Assembly: GCA_045587445.1 (NCBI GenBank)
Contig: JAZNCH010000053.1
Location: 13,978 to 77,977 of the forward strand
Direction of reading: 5' to 3'
Source of the DNA: Eubacteriales bacterium
GTDB lineage: Bacteria > Bacillota > Clostridia > Oscillospirales > CAG-272
DNA length: 64,000 bases
In this document: in pieces, positions 19,405 through 29,277 of the stretch
How positions within the stretch are numbered: the first letter of the stretch is position 1
Layout: the number at the start of each line of letters is the position of its first letter
The notes under the pieces: model-generated
Databases searched by the model: none
What the model was told of the DNA's origin: nothing
The model's input: only the letters and a program-made list of their open reading frames with translations
Program-made: the position numbers and the translations under genes

Positions 19405-20415
19405 ATGGAAAACACACAGCCTAAAAGAGTTTTTTCGGGAGTACAGCCCAGTGGAGTATTGACTATAGGAAACTATCTTGGTGCTATAAAGAACTGGAAG
19501 AAGTTTGAGGCAGACGAGTTTGATTCCATATACTGTGTTGTTGATATGCACGCAATAACGGTAAGACAGGTTCCCGCCGATTTGAGAAGAAGAACTTATG
19601 AGATATTGGCGTTATATATCGCTTGCGGACTTGACCCGCAGAAGAACACGATGTTTGTACAGAGCCACGTTCCCGCACACGCAGAGCTTTCTTGGATATT
19701 GAACTGCTATACTATGTACGGCGAACTTTCAAGAATGACACAGTTTAAAGATAAGAGCCAGAAGAATGCAAGTAACGTTAACGCAGGTCTTTTCGATTAT
19801 CCCGTACTTATGGCATCGGATATATTGCTTTATCAGACTGCTATAGTTCCGGTTGGTGTTGACCAGAAGCAGCATATTGAGCTTGCACGTGACATTGCAA
19901 TGAGATATAATCAGATATACGGAGACGTATTTACTATTCCCGAGGGCTATATGGAGAAGAACGGCACTAAGATAATGTCTCTCCAAGACCCGAAGAGGAA
20001 GATGAGCAAGTCCGACGAAAACGAAAACGCATCCGTAGGCATACTTGACACCAAGGATGTTATATTGAGAAAGTTTAAGAGAGCCGTAACGGACTCCGAA
20101 ACAGAGGTAAGATTTGCCGAGGGAAAAGATGGTATAAATAACCTTATGACTATTTATTCCTGCTTTACCGGTAAGACTATGGAAGAAATAGAAAAAGAAT
20201 TTGCAGGTAAGGGTTACGGAGACTTTAAGTTGGCTGTAGGTGAAACCGTTGCAGACGGACTTGAACCTGTAAGAAACAGATTTAACGAGCTTATGGCAGA
20301 CAAGGCATATCTTGAATCAATAATGAAAGAGGGAGCCGACAAGGCGGCATATATGGCAATCAAGACGCTTTCAAAGGTATACAAGAAAGTCGGCTTTGTT
20401 CCGAAGATAAGATAA
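19405..20415 (+). CDS. trpS: Tryptophan--tRNA ligase
   Basis: SGVQPSGVLTIGNYLGA (HIGH-type region) and KMSKS motif. Confidence 0.95.
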   Translation: MENTQPKRVFSGVQPSGVLTIGNYLGAIKNWKKFEADEFDSIYCVVDMHAITVRQVPADLRRRTYEILALYIACGLDPQKNTMFVQSHVPAHAELSWILNCYTMYGELSRMTQFKDKSQKNASNVNAGLFDYPVLMASDILLYQTAIVPVGVDQKQHIELARDIAMRYNQIYGDVFTIPEGYMEKNGTKIMSLQDPKRKMSKSDENENASVGILDTKDVILRKFKRAVTDSETEVRFAEGKDGINNLMTIYSCFTGKTMEEIEKEFAGKGYGDFKLAVGETVADGLEPVRNRFNELMADKAYLESIMKEGADKAAYMAIKTLSKVYKKVGFVPKIR

Positions 20416-20428
20416 ATTAAATGTAATT

Positions 20429-20470
20429 AAAAAAAGATTGTACAGATATTTTGTTGTACAATCTTTTTTT
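20429..20470. terminator. Bidirectional intrinsic terminator after trpS
   Basis: aaaaaa-agattgtaca...tgtacaatct-ttttttt. Confidence 0.7.
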
Positions 20471-20622
20471 GTGATAATTACAGTAATGGTAGGGGGCATT
20501 ATACGGTAAGCAAAGATAGCGTAGTGTAAGAGTTCTAACTTTGACCTCCATCTGACGAGGGAGGTGTCATTTTGCATCAGCAAAATGACGGAGGGAGAGA
20601 TATATATTAAATTTTTATATCT

Positions 20623-21390
20623 TTACCTATTCTGTCTATACACTTCAAAGCTGAGAACGGTTGATGCCGAAGCGGCAGAGAGGGCGGCGGGAAAATCTTT
20701 GCCGTATTCGATTCGTACGATACAATCGGCTTGTTGTAAGATGGTGCTTGAAATACCCCTTTTTTCTCCGCCGACAACAAGTAACAATGGTTTTTTCAGG
20801 TCAGCGTCATACATAGAGATGCTGTTATCAAGGTCAGCGCAGATGATTTTGTAGCCTTTATTTTTAAACGTAGGTACAAAGGAATCATCAGGCGTGATAA
20901 AAATATCAAGCTGTTCGGAAGCACCCGCAGAAGCACGGCAAACAACACCTGCGGCAGATAACCAGTTTCTCTCAGGAAGAATAATACCGGAAATACCCGA
21001 AGCATAAAGACTTCTCAAAGAGTACCCGAAATTATACGGGTCCTCGATTCCGTCAAGCATAACGTAAAATCCATTTTCTTCAATGGTGTTTGTGTCAAGA
21101 GTAGAAAAATTTCTGTCGGAGCATACAAAGGCTAACCCACCATGGCTGTTACCCAAAGTCAAATCATCAATAACTTGCTTTTCAACGAGTTCAAGCGTAT
21201 AACCTTGTTCGTATGATCTAGCTTTAAGAAAAGAAAACTCTTTGGGTTTTCTTTTTGCTTTTTCAGCATCGTAATATACTTTTAGTATTTTTCTATTGCT
21301 TTTGTTTTCGAGAATAGCTGACAGAACGGCTCTGAAAGAAACAATACCTTCAAATATGTTGCTGTGTTCAAATTTGTCTCGTTCTTTCAT
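20623..21390 (-). CDS. SpoU/TrmH-family RNA 2'-O-methyltransferase
   Basis: GIEDPYNFGYSLRSLYASG and LLLVVGGEKRGIS SPOUT motifs. ATG 21390 lies 8 nt after GGAG. Confidence 0.82.
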   Translation of the reverse strand: MKERDKFEHSNIFEGIVSFRAVLSAILENKSNRKILKVYYDAEKAKRKPKEFSFLKARSYEQGYTLELVEKQVIDDLTLGNSHGGLAFVCSDRNFSTLDTNTIEENGFYVMLDGIEDPYNFGYSLRSLYASGISGIILPERNWLSAAGVVCRASAGASEQLDIFITPDDSFVPTFKNKGYKIICADLDNSISMYDADLKKPLLLVVGGEKRGISSTILQQADCIVRIEYGKDFPAALSAASASTVLSFEVYRQNR

Positions 21391-21392
21391 AA

Positions 21393-22283
21393 TCAAGACT
21401 CCAAAGATTTTAGTATTTTTTCATAGACGTAGCCCTCGCGTATACCGCAAGTGCTGACGGTTATATTTTTGACATGCGCTATTTCAAAAAGACCGAGATA
21501 TGCCGCAAGTCCGGGGATTACCGTTGTAACACGGTGGGGAACAAGCGTGTTAAGCAGGGTTATAACGTTTTCATCATAACTCCTCAATTTTTCATACATA
21601 TTTTTTAAATTATTATATGTCATTGACAACTCGGGAGAATCTGCATAGAAATGTGTGTATAGCTTATTTAGGGCAAGTGCTGTTCCGCCAACAAGTATGG
21701 CTTCCGTAACGTTTAACGGAAATAGCTTTGTTTTTTCAAAGGACTGTACAGCAAATTCTTTCATAGCCTCAAAATCATTTCCGTTATAATCAAGATAGAG
21801 GGAAAGAGAGCCGAAGTTCATACTTTCAGATTCTTTTTTCTGCCCCAAAAGACAATGAACAACCTCCGTGCTACCGCCGCCCATATCGATTAGAATGGCA
21901 TTATCGGGGAAATTCGGCATAGTATTTTTTACACCCGAAAAACTGTAGAATGCTTCGTCATCGCCCGACACCAAATCAATTTTTTCTCCGCAGAAATCAA
22001 GTACTGTTTTTGTTATATCATCAATGTTTTTTGTTTTTCTCAAAGACGCCGTTGCAAAGCAGGTGAATATATCTGCATTATTTTCTTTTGCTTTGGCTTT
22101 AAAATGATTGATTATGTTACAAAGGAGAAAAATCCCGTCTGCCGAAAGAACACCGAAAGATATGTATGAAATAAGTTTTGCATTGTTGACTTCCGAAAAA
22201 GCTTCGTCTAAAATTCCATTATTGACACTGTAAATCTTCATTTTTACAGTATTTGAACCAATATCAACGACCGCAATATTCAT
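21393..22283 (-). CDS. Ppx/GppA-family phosphatase
   Basis: N-terminal VVDIGSNTVKMKIY and DMGGGSTE ASKHA phosphate-binding motifs. Confidence 0.82.
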   Translation of the reverse strand: MNIAVVDIGSNTVKMKIYSVNNGILDEAFSEVNNAKLISYISFGVLSADGIFLLCNIINHFKAKAKENNADIFTCFATASLRKTKNIDDITKTVLDFCGEKIDLVSGDDEAFYSFSGVKNTMPNFPDNAILIDMGGGSTEVVHCLLGQKKESESMNFGSLSLYLDYNGNDFEAMKEFAVQSFEKTKLFPLNVTEAILVGGTALALNKLYTHFYADSPELSMTYNNLKNMYEKLRSYDENVITLLNTLVPHRVTTVIPGLAAYLGLFEIAHVKNITVSTCGIREGYVYEKILKSLES

Positions 22284-22371
22284 AGAACGTATCTCCTTTG
22301 AATTACAAATTTAAACTATTATAGCATAAACTTATGTAAAAATAAATAATAATCAGCAAAAAAGTGTGTTA

Positions 22372-22400
22372 TTGACAAAAAAGTACAAAGCGTGTAAAAT
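22372..22400 (+). promoter_or_regulatory. Promoter of dxs
   Basis: TTGACA, 17-nt spacer, TAAAAT. Confidence 0.5.
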
Positions 22401-22435
22401 AAAAATGATATACAGCTTTGAAAGGAGTGGGGGAT

Positions 22436-24283
22436 ATGGCATATTTGGAAAAGATAGACGGACCGAAAAGTTTGAAACAATTAAGTATATCAGAGACTGC
22501 CGTTCTTGCAGAAGAAATAAGAGAAAAAATAATTGATACTCTTTCCGTAAACGGCGGGCACGTAGCCTCCAACCTTGGAGTTGTTGAGTTGACACTTGCG
22601 CTGCACAGGGTTTTTGATTCGCCTCGGGACAGTATAATTTTTGACGTTGGACATCAATGTTACGTACATAAACTGCTGACAGGCAGAAAAGACAGTTTTG
22701 ATTCTTTAAGAAAGCACGGCGGTCTGTCGGGGTTTACTAATAGATTTGAAAGCGAATACGATTCGTTTGGCGCAGGACACAGTGGAACTTCTGTTTCTGC
22801 CGCTTTAGGCATTGCAAGCGGAAACAAGCTGGCGGGGAATAATGCTTATTCGATAGCTGTTGTAGGAGACGGTTCATTTACGAACGGTATGATATATGAG
22901 GCACTGAACAACTGTTCGGGTGATATGTCAAACGTTATTATCGTACTAAACGACAACGAAATGTCAATTTCCAAAAACGTTGGAGCTATGTCGAGCTATC
23001 TTTCGGAGTTCAGTAACTCGCGCAGTTATATTAAATTTAAAAATAAAGTATACGCTTTTTGTTTAAAGACCAATGGCTTTGGCACGCTCCTTTTGTCCAT
23101 AGGCAGAGTAATAAAGAATATAGTAAAAAAAGTACTTATGACCAAGAATTATTTTGAATGTTTGGGACTTAAATACTTTGGGCCGATTGACGGACACGAC
23201 CAAGAGTTGTTAGAGCTTGTTTTTGAACAGGCAAAACGCAAGAAAAGACCTTGCTTGGTTCACGTTGTAACAAAGAAAGGTAAGGGATATAAATTTGCCG
23301 AAGAAAGACCGGACGTGTTCCATTCTGTCGGTAATTTTGATAAGGAAAGCGGTAAGACTCCAGACCCTAAATACGATTTTTCTGCAGCTTTCGGTGATAT
23401 ATTGACCGAACTTGCTGACAAAAATGAAGACATAGTTGCAATAACTGCCGCCATGACACAAGGAACGGGGCTGAGCAAATTTGCAGAAAAGTATAATAAT
23501 AGATTCTTTGACGTAGGTATAGCCGAAGAACATGCAGTTACCTTCAGTGCCGGCTTAGCAGCGACAGGAAAGATACCCGTATTTGCCGTATATTCAAGTT
23601 TTTTGCAAAGATGTTATGACCAGCTTATACACGATGTTGCCATACAAAAGCTTCCTGTTGTTATAGGTATAGACAGAGCAGGACTTGTGGCGGGCGACGG
23701 AATGACACATCAAGGCATATACGACAGTGCATTTATGCTCGGCATACCGAATTTTGAACTGTATTCTCCGGAAAATTACGCTGATTTAAAAGAAGCTGTA
23801 ACTTCGGCTGTGAACAGCAACAAACCTTCGGCTGTAAGGTATCCCAAGGGAACGGAATTTTTGTATGACAATACGTTTGTAAGAAAATGCGATTCAATAT
23901 CTGTTGCCGAAGTAGGAAAGGGAGAAAAGAAGATAGCTGTTATAACTTACGGAAGAATAACAGGTAATGTATATAAGGCGGCAAATCAGCTTGATACTGA
24001 GTATAGTATCAAGATAATAAAAATGCACAAGATAATGCCCCAACCATTTGAAGAACTATTAGCCGAGTGCGAAAATATTGAAAGAATACTTGTAGTCGAA
24101 GAGGGAATAGAAAAAGGCGGAATCGGTGAAAAAATTGCTGCATACTTTGGTGAAAACGGTAAAAAAGTAAATATACATGCCATAGACTCCCAAAAATCTT
24201 TCTCGGGAAATATAAATGACTTATTCAGTGATTTTGAATTTACTCCCGAAAAAATTAAAGAAAAGATAATAGCAATACAGTAA
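22436..24283 (+). CDS. dxs: 1-deoxy-D-xylulose-5-phosphate synthase
   Basis: GGHVASNLGVVELT, GHQCYVHKLLTGR, GDGSFTNGM (ThDP motif). Start moved to ATG 22436 after AAAGGAG. Confidence 0.95.
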   Translation: MAYLEKIDGPKSLKQLSISETAVLAEEIREKIIDTLSVNGGHVASNLGVVELTLALHRVFDSPRDSIIFDVGHQCYVHKLLTGRKDSFDSLRKHGGLSGFTNRFESEYDSFGAGHSGTSVSAALGIASGNKLAGNNAYSIAVVGDGSFTNGMIYEALNNCSGDMSNVIIVLNDNEMSISKNVGAMSSYLSEFSNSRSYIKFKNKVYAFCLKTNGFGTLLLSIGRVIKNIVKKVLMTKNYFECLGLKYFGPIDGHDQELLELVFEQAKRKKRPCLVHVVTKKGKGYKFAEERPDVFHSVGNFDKESGKTPDPKYDFSAAFGDILTELADKNEDIVAITAAMTQGTGLSKFAEKYNNRFFDVGIAEEHAVTFSAGLAATGKIPVFAVYSSFLQRCYDQLIHDVAIQKLPVVIGIDRAGLVAGDGMTHQGIYDSAFMLGIPNFELYSPENYADLKEAVTSAVNSNKPSAVRYPKGTEFLYDNTFVRKCDSISVAEVGKGEKKIAVITYGRITGNVYKAANQLDTEYSIKIIKMHKIMPQPFEELLAECENIERILVVEEGIEKGGIGEKIAAYFGENGKKVNIHAIDSQKSFSGNINDLFSDFEFTPEKIKEKIIAIQ

Positions 24284-24293
24284 TAAAAGAACG

Positions 24294-24326
24294 CCCTTGT
24301 ACGTAATAATGTACAGGGGTGTTTTT
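24294..24326 (+). terminator. Intrinsic terminator after dxs
   Basis: cccttgtac-gtaataat-gtacagggg followed by tgttttt. Confidence 0.55.
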
Positions 24327-25019
24327 ATGCTTTTTCAATCAATGTTAAATATTATATATCTTTTCTTGCGAGTGTCGGGGGGGCAAAATTTTCCGCCACC
24401 TCTTCCGCCAGAGGAGGAAGCTGAATATTTCAAAAAGGCGAGACAGGGCGATGCTTTGGCGCGAGAGAAGCTTATTGAGCATAATCTTCGTCTTGTAGCC
24501 CATATTGTTAAGAAATACTATACTTCAAACAAAAATCAAGAGGATTTAATATCTGTCGGAACGATAGGGCTTATTAAGGCTATTGATTCGTACGATATAG
24601 AAAACGGTACTAAGTTTGCGACTTATGCGGGTAAATGTTTACAGAATGAGATTTTGATGTATTTCAGAGCGCAGAAAAAGACTGCTAATGAGGTATCTAT
24701 AAATGAAACGATAGATATTGACAAAGACGGAAATCCTTTGACTTATATAGATATTATTGCAAGCGAGGATACGATAGCCGACGACCTTGACATAAAGATG
24801 AAAAGTGCAAAGGCGTTGAAAATAATAAACAACGAGTTAAGCGACAGAGAAAAAGAAATTATCGTAATGAGATACGGGATAGGTAAGGAGCGGGCGATAA
24901 CCCAGAGAGAAATAGCAAAGAAATTAGGAATTTCGCGCTCGTACGTCAGTCGTATTGAAAAGGGGGCTTTAGAAAAGATAAACGAATTATTATCACGCCC
25001 CGGTTTTACAATGTTTTAG
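24327..25019 (+). CDS. sigK: Sporulation sigma factor, pro-sigma-K type (uninterrupted)
   Basis: Hydrophobic pro-sequence then FPPPLPPEEE, LIEHNLRLVAHIVKKY, region 4 HTH ISRSYVSRIEK. The exact start is uncertain (24297, 24309 and 24327 are all possible). Confidence 0.82.
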   Translation: MLFQSMLNIIYLFLRVSGGQNFPPPLPPEEEAEYFKKARQGDALAREKLIEHNLRLVAHIVKKYYTSNKNQEDLISVGTIGLIKAIDSYDIENGTKFATYAGKCLQNEILMYFRAQKKTANEVSINETIDIDKDGNPLTYIDIIASEDTIADDLDIKMKSAKALKIINNELSDREKEIIVMRYGIGKERAITQREIAKKLGISRSYVSRIEKGALEKINELLSRPGFTMF

Positions 25020-25081
25020 GCATAGAAATAAAAAGACATACATATTATTTAGCAAAAAAGCAGAATGAGAGAGGTTGTTCT

Positions 25082-26674
25082 ATGAATATTGAAAATATGA
25101 GTAATAACAAGATATTGCCGTCATTTAAAGATGAGTTTTGTGTTTGGAGTGAGGGAGTAAAGGCGTGTCCCGAATATGAAGTAAGCGAAGAGTATATTTT
25201 ACCGGATTATTTGCCCGACATAAGAAAGATACTTCTTGTTAACGCAAAGGTTGAAGAAAATGATGGATTTATTCAGGAGGGCAAGGCAGAATACAGTGGA
25301 GACGTAGTAATTAACGTGTTGTATATAGGTGATACAGGTCAGGTTAAATGTGTTACGCAAAGCTATCCCTATACGAACTATTTAGCCAACGAGGAAATAT
25401 ATGACGACAGCGTTATTGAGGCGGTAACAAGGGTTGAAAACCGTTCTGTAAGGGCTGTAAGTCCGAGAAAACTTCTTTTGAAAGGCAAAGTGATTACAGA
25501 TATTTCGATATTTAACAAGCTGTGCGTATCCCCCAGATTAATAGGCGGAAGCGGTGTTGAAGACGAATTCACTTTGGAGAGGAAGACTGACAGAATTGGG
25601 TGTGTAAACTATTTGCAGTTTACCGAATCGGATATAAGAGTCAGTGAAGATATTGAATATAAAGGGAAAATGCCCATATCCGAACTTATTTACAGTGACG
25701 CCGATTTATTTATGACAGACTGCAAATACAGCGACGGTAAAGTAAGTATAAAGGGTAATGCAAGGGTAAAATGCCTCTTAAGATGCGCTGAAGAGGGCGA
25801 AGAGGGGGAATATGAGGGGATAGAAAAGAATATCCCAATTGAACATACCTTCGAAGTAAAACTACCTCAAAACGACAGCAGATGCTTCGGAAGGCTCGAG
25901 CTTGGAGCAATAGAGGTTGGAATTGCCAATGACAGTTACGGAGAAAACAGATTATTACAAATAGATTTTGTTTGCAGAGCAAATATTACCGCAGTTTCAA
26001 ATTCGGATACCGAATTTACAGATGACGTATTTTCCACGGCGTACAAATATGAAAACACCTATAAAGAGGTTACGACCGAGCGTCTTGCAAAGTGTGGTTA
26101 TTCAAATTTTTCTGCAAGCGGAAGCGGAGAAATAGCCAATACAGAGGGGATCGAACTTGACAAGGTAATAATGAGTCAAGCTGATTCTCAAATGAAGTTA
26201 AAAGAAGTGTCAAACGGAAAGGCAGTTTTTGCCGGAGATTGCGCAGTTAAATCCGTGTTAGCAGACAAGAGGGGAAATTGCATCACGTCAGAGCAGACAT
26301 TCCCAATAAAATTTGAAGTGCCTATTGAGTGTGATGGTTTTAACAGATGTAATGTTGAATGTACCGTGCTTGACTCAAGAGTAAATATTGACGGAAACAA
26401 ACTTAATGTAAACGCAGAAATAGGAATAGATTACGCAATTTTTGAAAAGGTAAGAGCAAATTCAGTTGCAACTGTTGCTATTGATAAGAGTGTTAAAAAT
26501 ACAGAAAACAAAGAGGGATTCGTGAGACTGTACTATCCCGAAAAAAATGAAGACCTCTGGAGTGTTGCTAAAAGATATGGACTTTCGCGCGCATCTTTAG
26601 AGAAGGCAAACAACCGACAGTTGTCCGAGGGACTGCCAAGGGTTATTCTTATCCCTACAAATAGTGTCAAATAA
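25082..26674 (+). CDS. DUF3794 (SPOCS) repeat protein with C-terminal LysM
   Basis: 530 aa. The C-terminal YYPEKNEDLWSVAKRYGLSRASLEKAN is LysM-like. This architecture is typical of clostridial spore-associated proteins. Confidence 0.72.
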   Translation: MNIENMSNNKILPSFKDEFCVWSEGVKACPEYEVSEEYILPDYLPDIRKILLVNAKVEENDGFIQEGKAEYSGDVVINVLYIGDTGQVKCVTQSYPYTNYLANEEIYDDSVIEAVTRVENRSVRAVSPRKLLLKGKVITDISIFNKLCVSPRLIGGSGVEDEFTLERKTDRIGCVNYLQFTESDIRVSEDIEYKGKMPISELIYSDADLFMTDCKYSDGKVSIKGNARVKCLLRCAEEGEEGEYEGIEKNIPIEHTFEVKLPQNDSRCFGRLELGAIEVGIANDSYGENRLLQIDFVCRANITAVSNSDTEFTDDVFSTAYKYENTYKEVTTERLAKCGYSNFSASGSGEIANTEGIELDKVIMSQADSQMKLKEVSNGKAVFAGDCAVKSVLADKRGNCITSEQTFPIKFEVPIECDGFNRCNVECTVLDSRVNIDGNKLNVNAEIGIDYAIFEKVRANSVATVAIDKSVKNTENKEGFVRLYYPEKNEDLWSVAKRYGLSRASLEKANNRQLSEGLPRVILIPTNSVK

Positions 26675-26807
26675 ACAAAAAATGTCGAGCAAATAGCTTT
26701 ATTTGCTTGGCATTTTTGTTTTATCTATTGAAACACAAGACAAAATATGATATAATTGCGAAAAAGAGTTAAAAAAACGAGTCAAATATTGCGAATTGGA
26801 GTGGGTT

Positions 26808-27608
26808 ATGAAAGCGGTATATTTGTTTGACAGTAGACAAACTCAATGCAGATTGAGAAATTCATTAGAATTTATGATGCATTTTCATCATCAAGTGGAA
26901 GTTGTATATATGCTTAAGGGAGAATGTACAGCAATTGTTGAGGGAGAAGCGTTGGAGTTGCATTCGGGCGACATATTGACTGTTTTTCCAAATCAGATAC
27001 ACGAGTATAAAGACGGGAAAAACGAGGAGTTTTTTATTGCCATTTTCCAACCTGAGTTTTTGCCCGATTACAAAGATTTGTTTTATAATATGCTTCCTGT
27101 TAAAAAGGTTTATTCTACCCATAACAAAAATGAATTTTTACTTGATTTGGCGAGAAAAATTCCTGAGATGTATCAGAAAGATAATAAGTACAAAGAGCCG
27201 ATATACAGAGGACTTTTGACTGCATTTTTTGGAGAATTATTTTCTGTGTATCCCTTAATGAAAGCAAAGAGGACTGATATGTCGGTTTTGAAGTCGGTGC
27301 TTCTGTTCTGCAACGAAAATTATTTGGACAATATTTACCTTGAAGATGCTGCAGAAGCATTGCACGTAAGTAAGTTCTATATATCACATTTGTTTAACAA
27401 TAAGCTTGGTATAAGTTTCAACGAATATATAAATTCTCTCAGAATAACAGATGCAGTTTACTTGCTTGAAAAGAAAGAGGGAGGAATGACTGAAATCGCG
27501 CAACGCTGCGGATTTAATACGACCAGAACGTTTAACCGCGCGTTCAAAAGCATGTATGGTATGTCTCCCAGTAAGTACAGAAAGGAAAACGCTGAAAAAA
27601 AGGAATAA
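26808..27608 (+). CDS. AraC-family transcriptional regulator (cupin plus HTH)
   Basis: N-terminal cupin (FHHQVEVVYML..G), C-terminal AraC HTH (IAQRCGFNTTRTFNRAFKSMYGMSPSKYR). Confidence 0.85.
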   Translation: MKAVYLFDSRQTQCRLRNSLEFMMHFHHQVEVVYMLKGECTAIVEGEALELHSGDILTVFPNQIHEYKDGKNEEFFIAIFQPEFLPDYKDLFYNMLPVKKVYSTHNKNEFLLDLARKIPEMYQKDNKYKEPIYRGLLTAFFGELFSVYPLMKAKRTDMSVLKSVLLFCNENYLDNIYLEDAAEALHVSKFYISHLFNNKLGISFNEYINSLRITDAVYLLEKKEGGMTEIAQRCGFNTTRTFNRAFKSMYGMSPSKYRKENAEKKE

Positions 27609-27651
27609 TACAATTGAGGCACACTCCATTTTGTGAGTGTGCCTCAATAAA

Positions 27652-28626
27652 TTAGCCTCTGTCTTTGAAGATTGGTTCTTCTTCGGGGGTGCTGTCCTCT
27701 TCTTCGTAAGGTTCAATCATAATGCTGTAGATTTTCGGCCACGAGGTATAAATAGCGATAAATTGACCAATTGCTATTGTAATAATAAAGGGAAGAAGAG
27801 CACCAAGCGGAGGGAATGTCATAAGAAGTCCATAACTGAAAAATATAAGGATTGCTATGCCGAGGGTTCCGACAAAATTTCGTTTAAATCCAATTAAAGA
27901 GAACAAGAATGCGTTTTTCAAAATTTTGTATAGACTCAGCTTGAACGTAAGCATAATTGTATAGATGTAATATCTCATTACAAAATAGATTATTCCGATG
28001 GCAACAGTCAGATAGAACATAAGCGACATAAGATAAGTCGAAGCGTTTGCAGCAAAGAATATGACATCATAGAATATCAAGAAGAGAAGTGCTACGTCAA
28101 TTATACCGAAAATAAGAGCTTGTTTCCAATTTCTTTTTATAGCGTAGAAATAGTCTTGCATAAAAAATATTGGGGCGCCCTTTACGATGTTTCTGACAAT
28201 GTAAGTTGAGCCTATCATTGACAGACCGAACGTAAACAGTGTAAGGAGACCTATTCCGTAAAAGATATAAGTCGCAACAGTGGGAACGGATATTTCAACT
28301 TGAATACCGAGGACGCCGTGCAGAGCACTTGTTAAAGGCGAGGTTACACCCGATATTTTTGTAGCTCCGTAAAGGGGGCCGAACAAGGAAGAGACGGGCG
28401 AATATGATGTTGTATTTAAATTTCCGCTTGCCGCAAAGAGTGCAAAAAGGATGGGGAAATTTGAAAAAACGAGCAACATATTGACCGACAAAAGTCTATT
28501 CATATTTCTCCAAAGGAGTTTAAAGAAGAATTTGAAGTTTCTCGGTTCATTAACATCCTTGGGAACGCCTTTTCCGTCAAGTGAGTATCTGAATAGGCTG
28601 AACCTTTTTTTTCTTTTTTCTGACAA
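27652..28626 (-). CDS. YesL/DUF624-family membrane protein
   Basis: Polytopic, with the N-terminal region ...FFFKLLWRNMNRLLSVNMLLVFSNFPILF characteristic of DUF624. Confidence 0.65.
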   Translation of the reverse strand: MSEKRKKRFSLFRYSLDGKGVPKDVNEPRNFKFFFKLLWRNMNRLLSVNMLLVFSNFPILFALFAASGNLNTTSYSPVSSLFGPLYGATKISGVTSPLTSALHGVLGIQVEISVPTVATYIFYGIGLLTLFTFGLSMIGSTYIVRNIVKGAPIFFMQDYFYAIKRNWKQALIFGIIDVALLFLIFYDVIFFAANASTYLMSLMFYLTVAIGIIYFVMRYYIYTIMLTFKLSLYKILKNAFLFSLIGFKRNFVGTLGIAILIFFSYGLLMTFPPLGALLPFIITIAIGQFIAIYTSWPKIYSIMIEPYEEEDSTPEEEPIFKDRG

Positions 28627-28629
28627 TTT

Positions 28630-29232
28630 TTACAGTCCTTTCGAGGAAATCAGCAAAAAAAGATTTCCGTGTTTTAATAGAATAATAAGAAAACTTGCTC
28701 CGCACAGAGCTAAAAAGTTAAGCAAAAAATAAAGCAAATCATTTCTTTTAATCAAAGATTTAATTTTCGGCGGGTACATTATGCTTTTAGAGTAGAGCAT
28801 TGCCAATGTGCAAGTATAACACAAAAGGCAAATATTTGCGACAGAAAGAACAACAAAACCAACACATCCGAAAATTTTAAAATGAGCAACAATGTTCCCG
28901 AGTTTAACAGCTCGTATTAATGTAGCCGAACACAACCCGACCGAGAAACCCTTATATGCGGAAGCGAGGCAAAATAAAGTGTTTCTTTTTGTGCAAAAGG
29001 TTGTTACAAGAATAAAAAATAAATATTTTAATTCTCCCAAAAACGAGGAAGAAACGGAAAGAACATCAAAACTCCTTGCAGTCAAAACCGAAGAAACAAC
29101 GTTGTTTTCAAGTAACGAATACAAATGTGAGTCGGGGGATAAGATATAACAAATAATTAATCCAAAGATAAAAAACAATGCCGAAACAGAAATATAAAGT
29201 ATAAAATATGCAGTTAAATTTTGTTTACGCAA
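28630..29232 (-). CDS. Polytopic membrane protein (possibly SpoIIM/DUF95-like)
   Basis: 200 aa, about 5 TM helices, TTG start with a GGTGGT SD. The function call is weak. Confidence 0.5.
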   Translation of the reverse strand: MRKQNLTAYFILYISVSALFFIFGLIICYILSPDSHLYSLLENNVVSSVLTARSFDVLSVSSSFLGELKYLFFILVTTFCTKRNTLFCLASAYKGFSVGLCSATLIRAVKLGNIVAHFKIFGCVGFVVLSVANICLLCYTCTLAMLYSKSIMYPPKIKSLIKRNDLLYFLLNFLALCGASFLIILLKHGNLFLLISSKGL

Positions 29233-29277
29233 GAAATACCACCACCGTTAAAATATATGACGGCGGTTTAAATAAAA

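Noticed and set aside
20550-20560. CUGACGAG resembling the hammerhead ribozyme CUGANGA core
   Set aside because: There is no GAAA core element, no three-stem junction and no cleavage-site context that can be drawn around it. It fits better as part of a REP-like hairpin unit.
22353-22595. Two minus-strand ORFs (80 and 67 aa) at the dxs 5' end
   Set aside because: They overlap the dxs promoter and N-terminus in antisense. They have no SD and no recognisable features.
24297-25019. Checked sigK for interruption by a skin-like element
   Set aside because: The ORF is continuous from the pro-sequence through region 4.2. There is no recombinase nearby.
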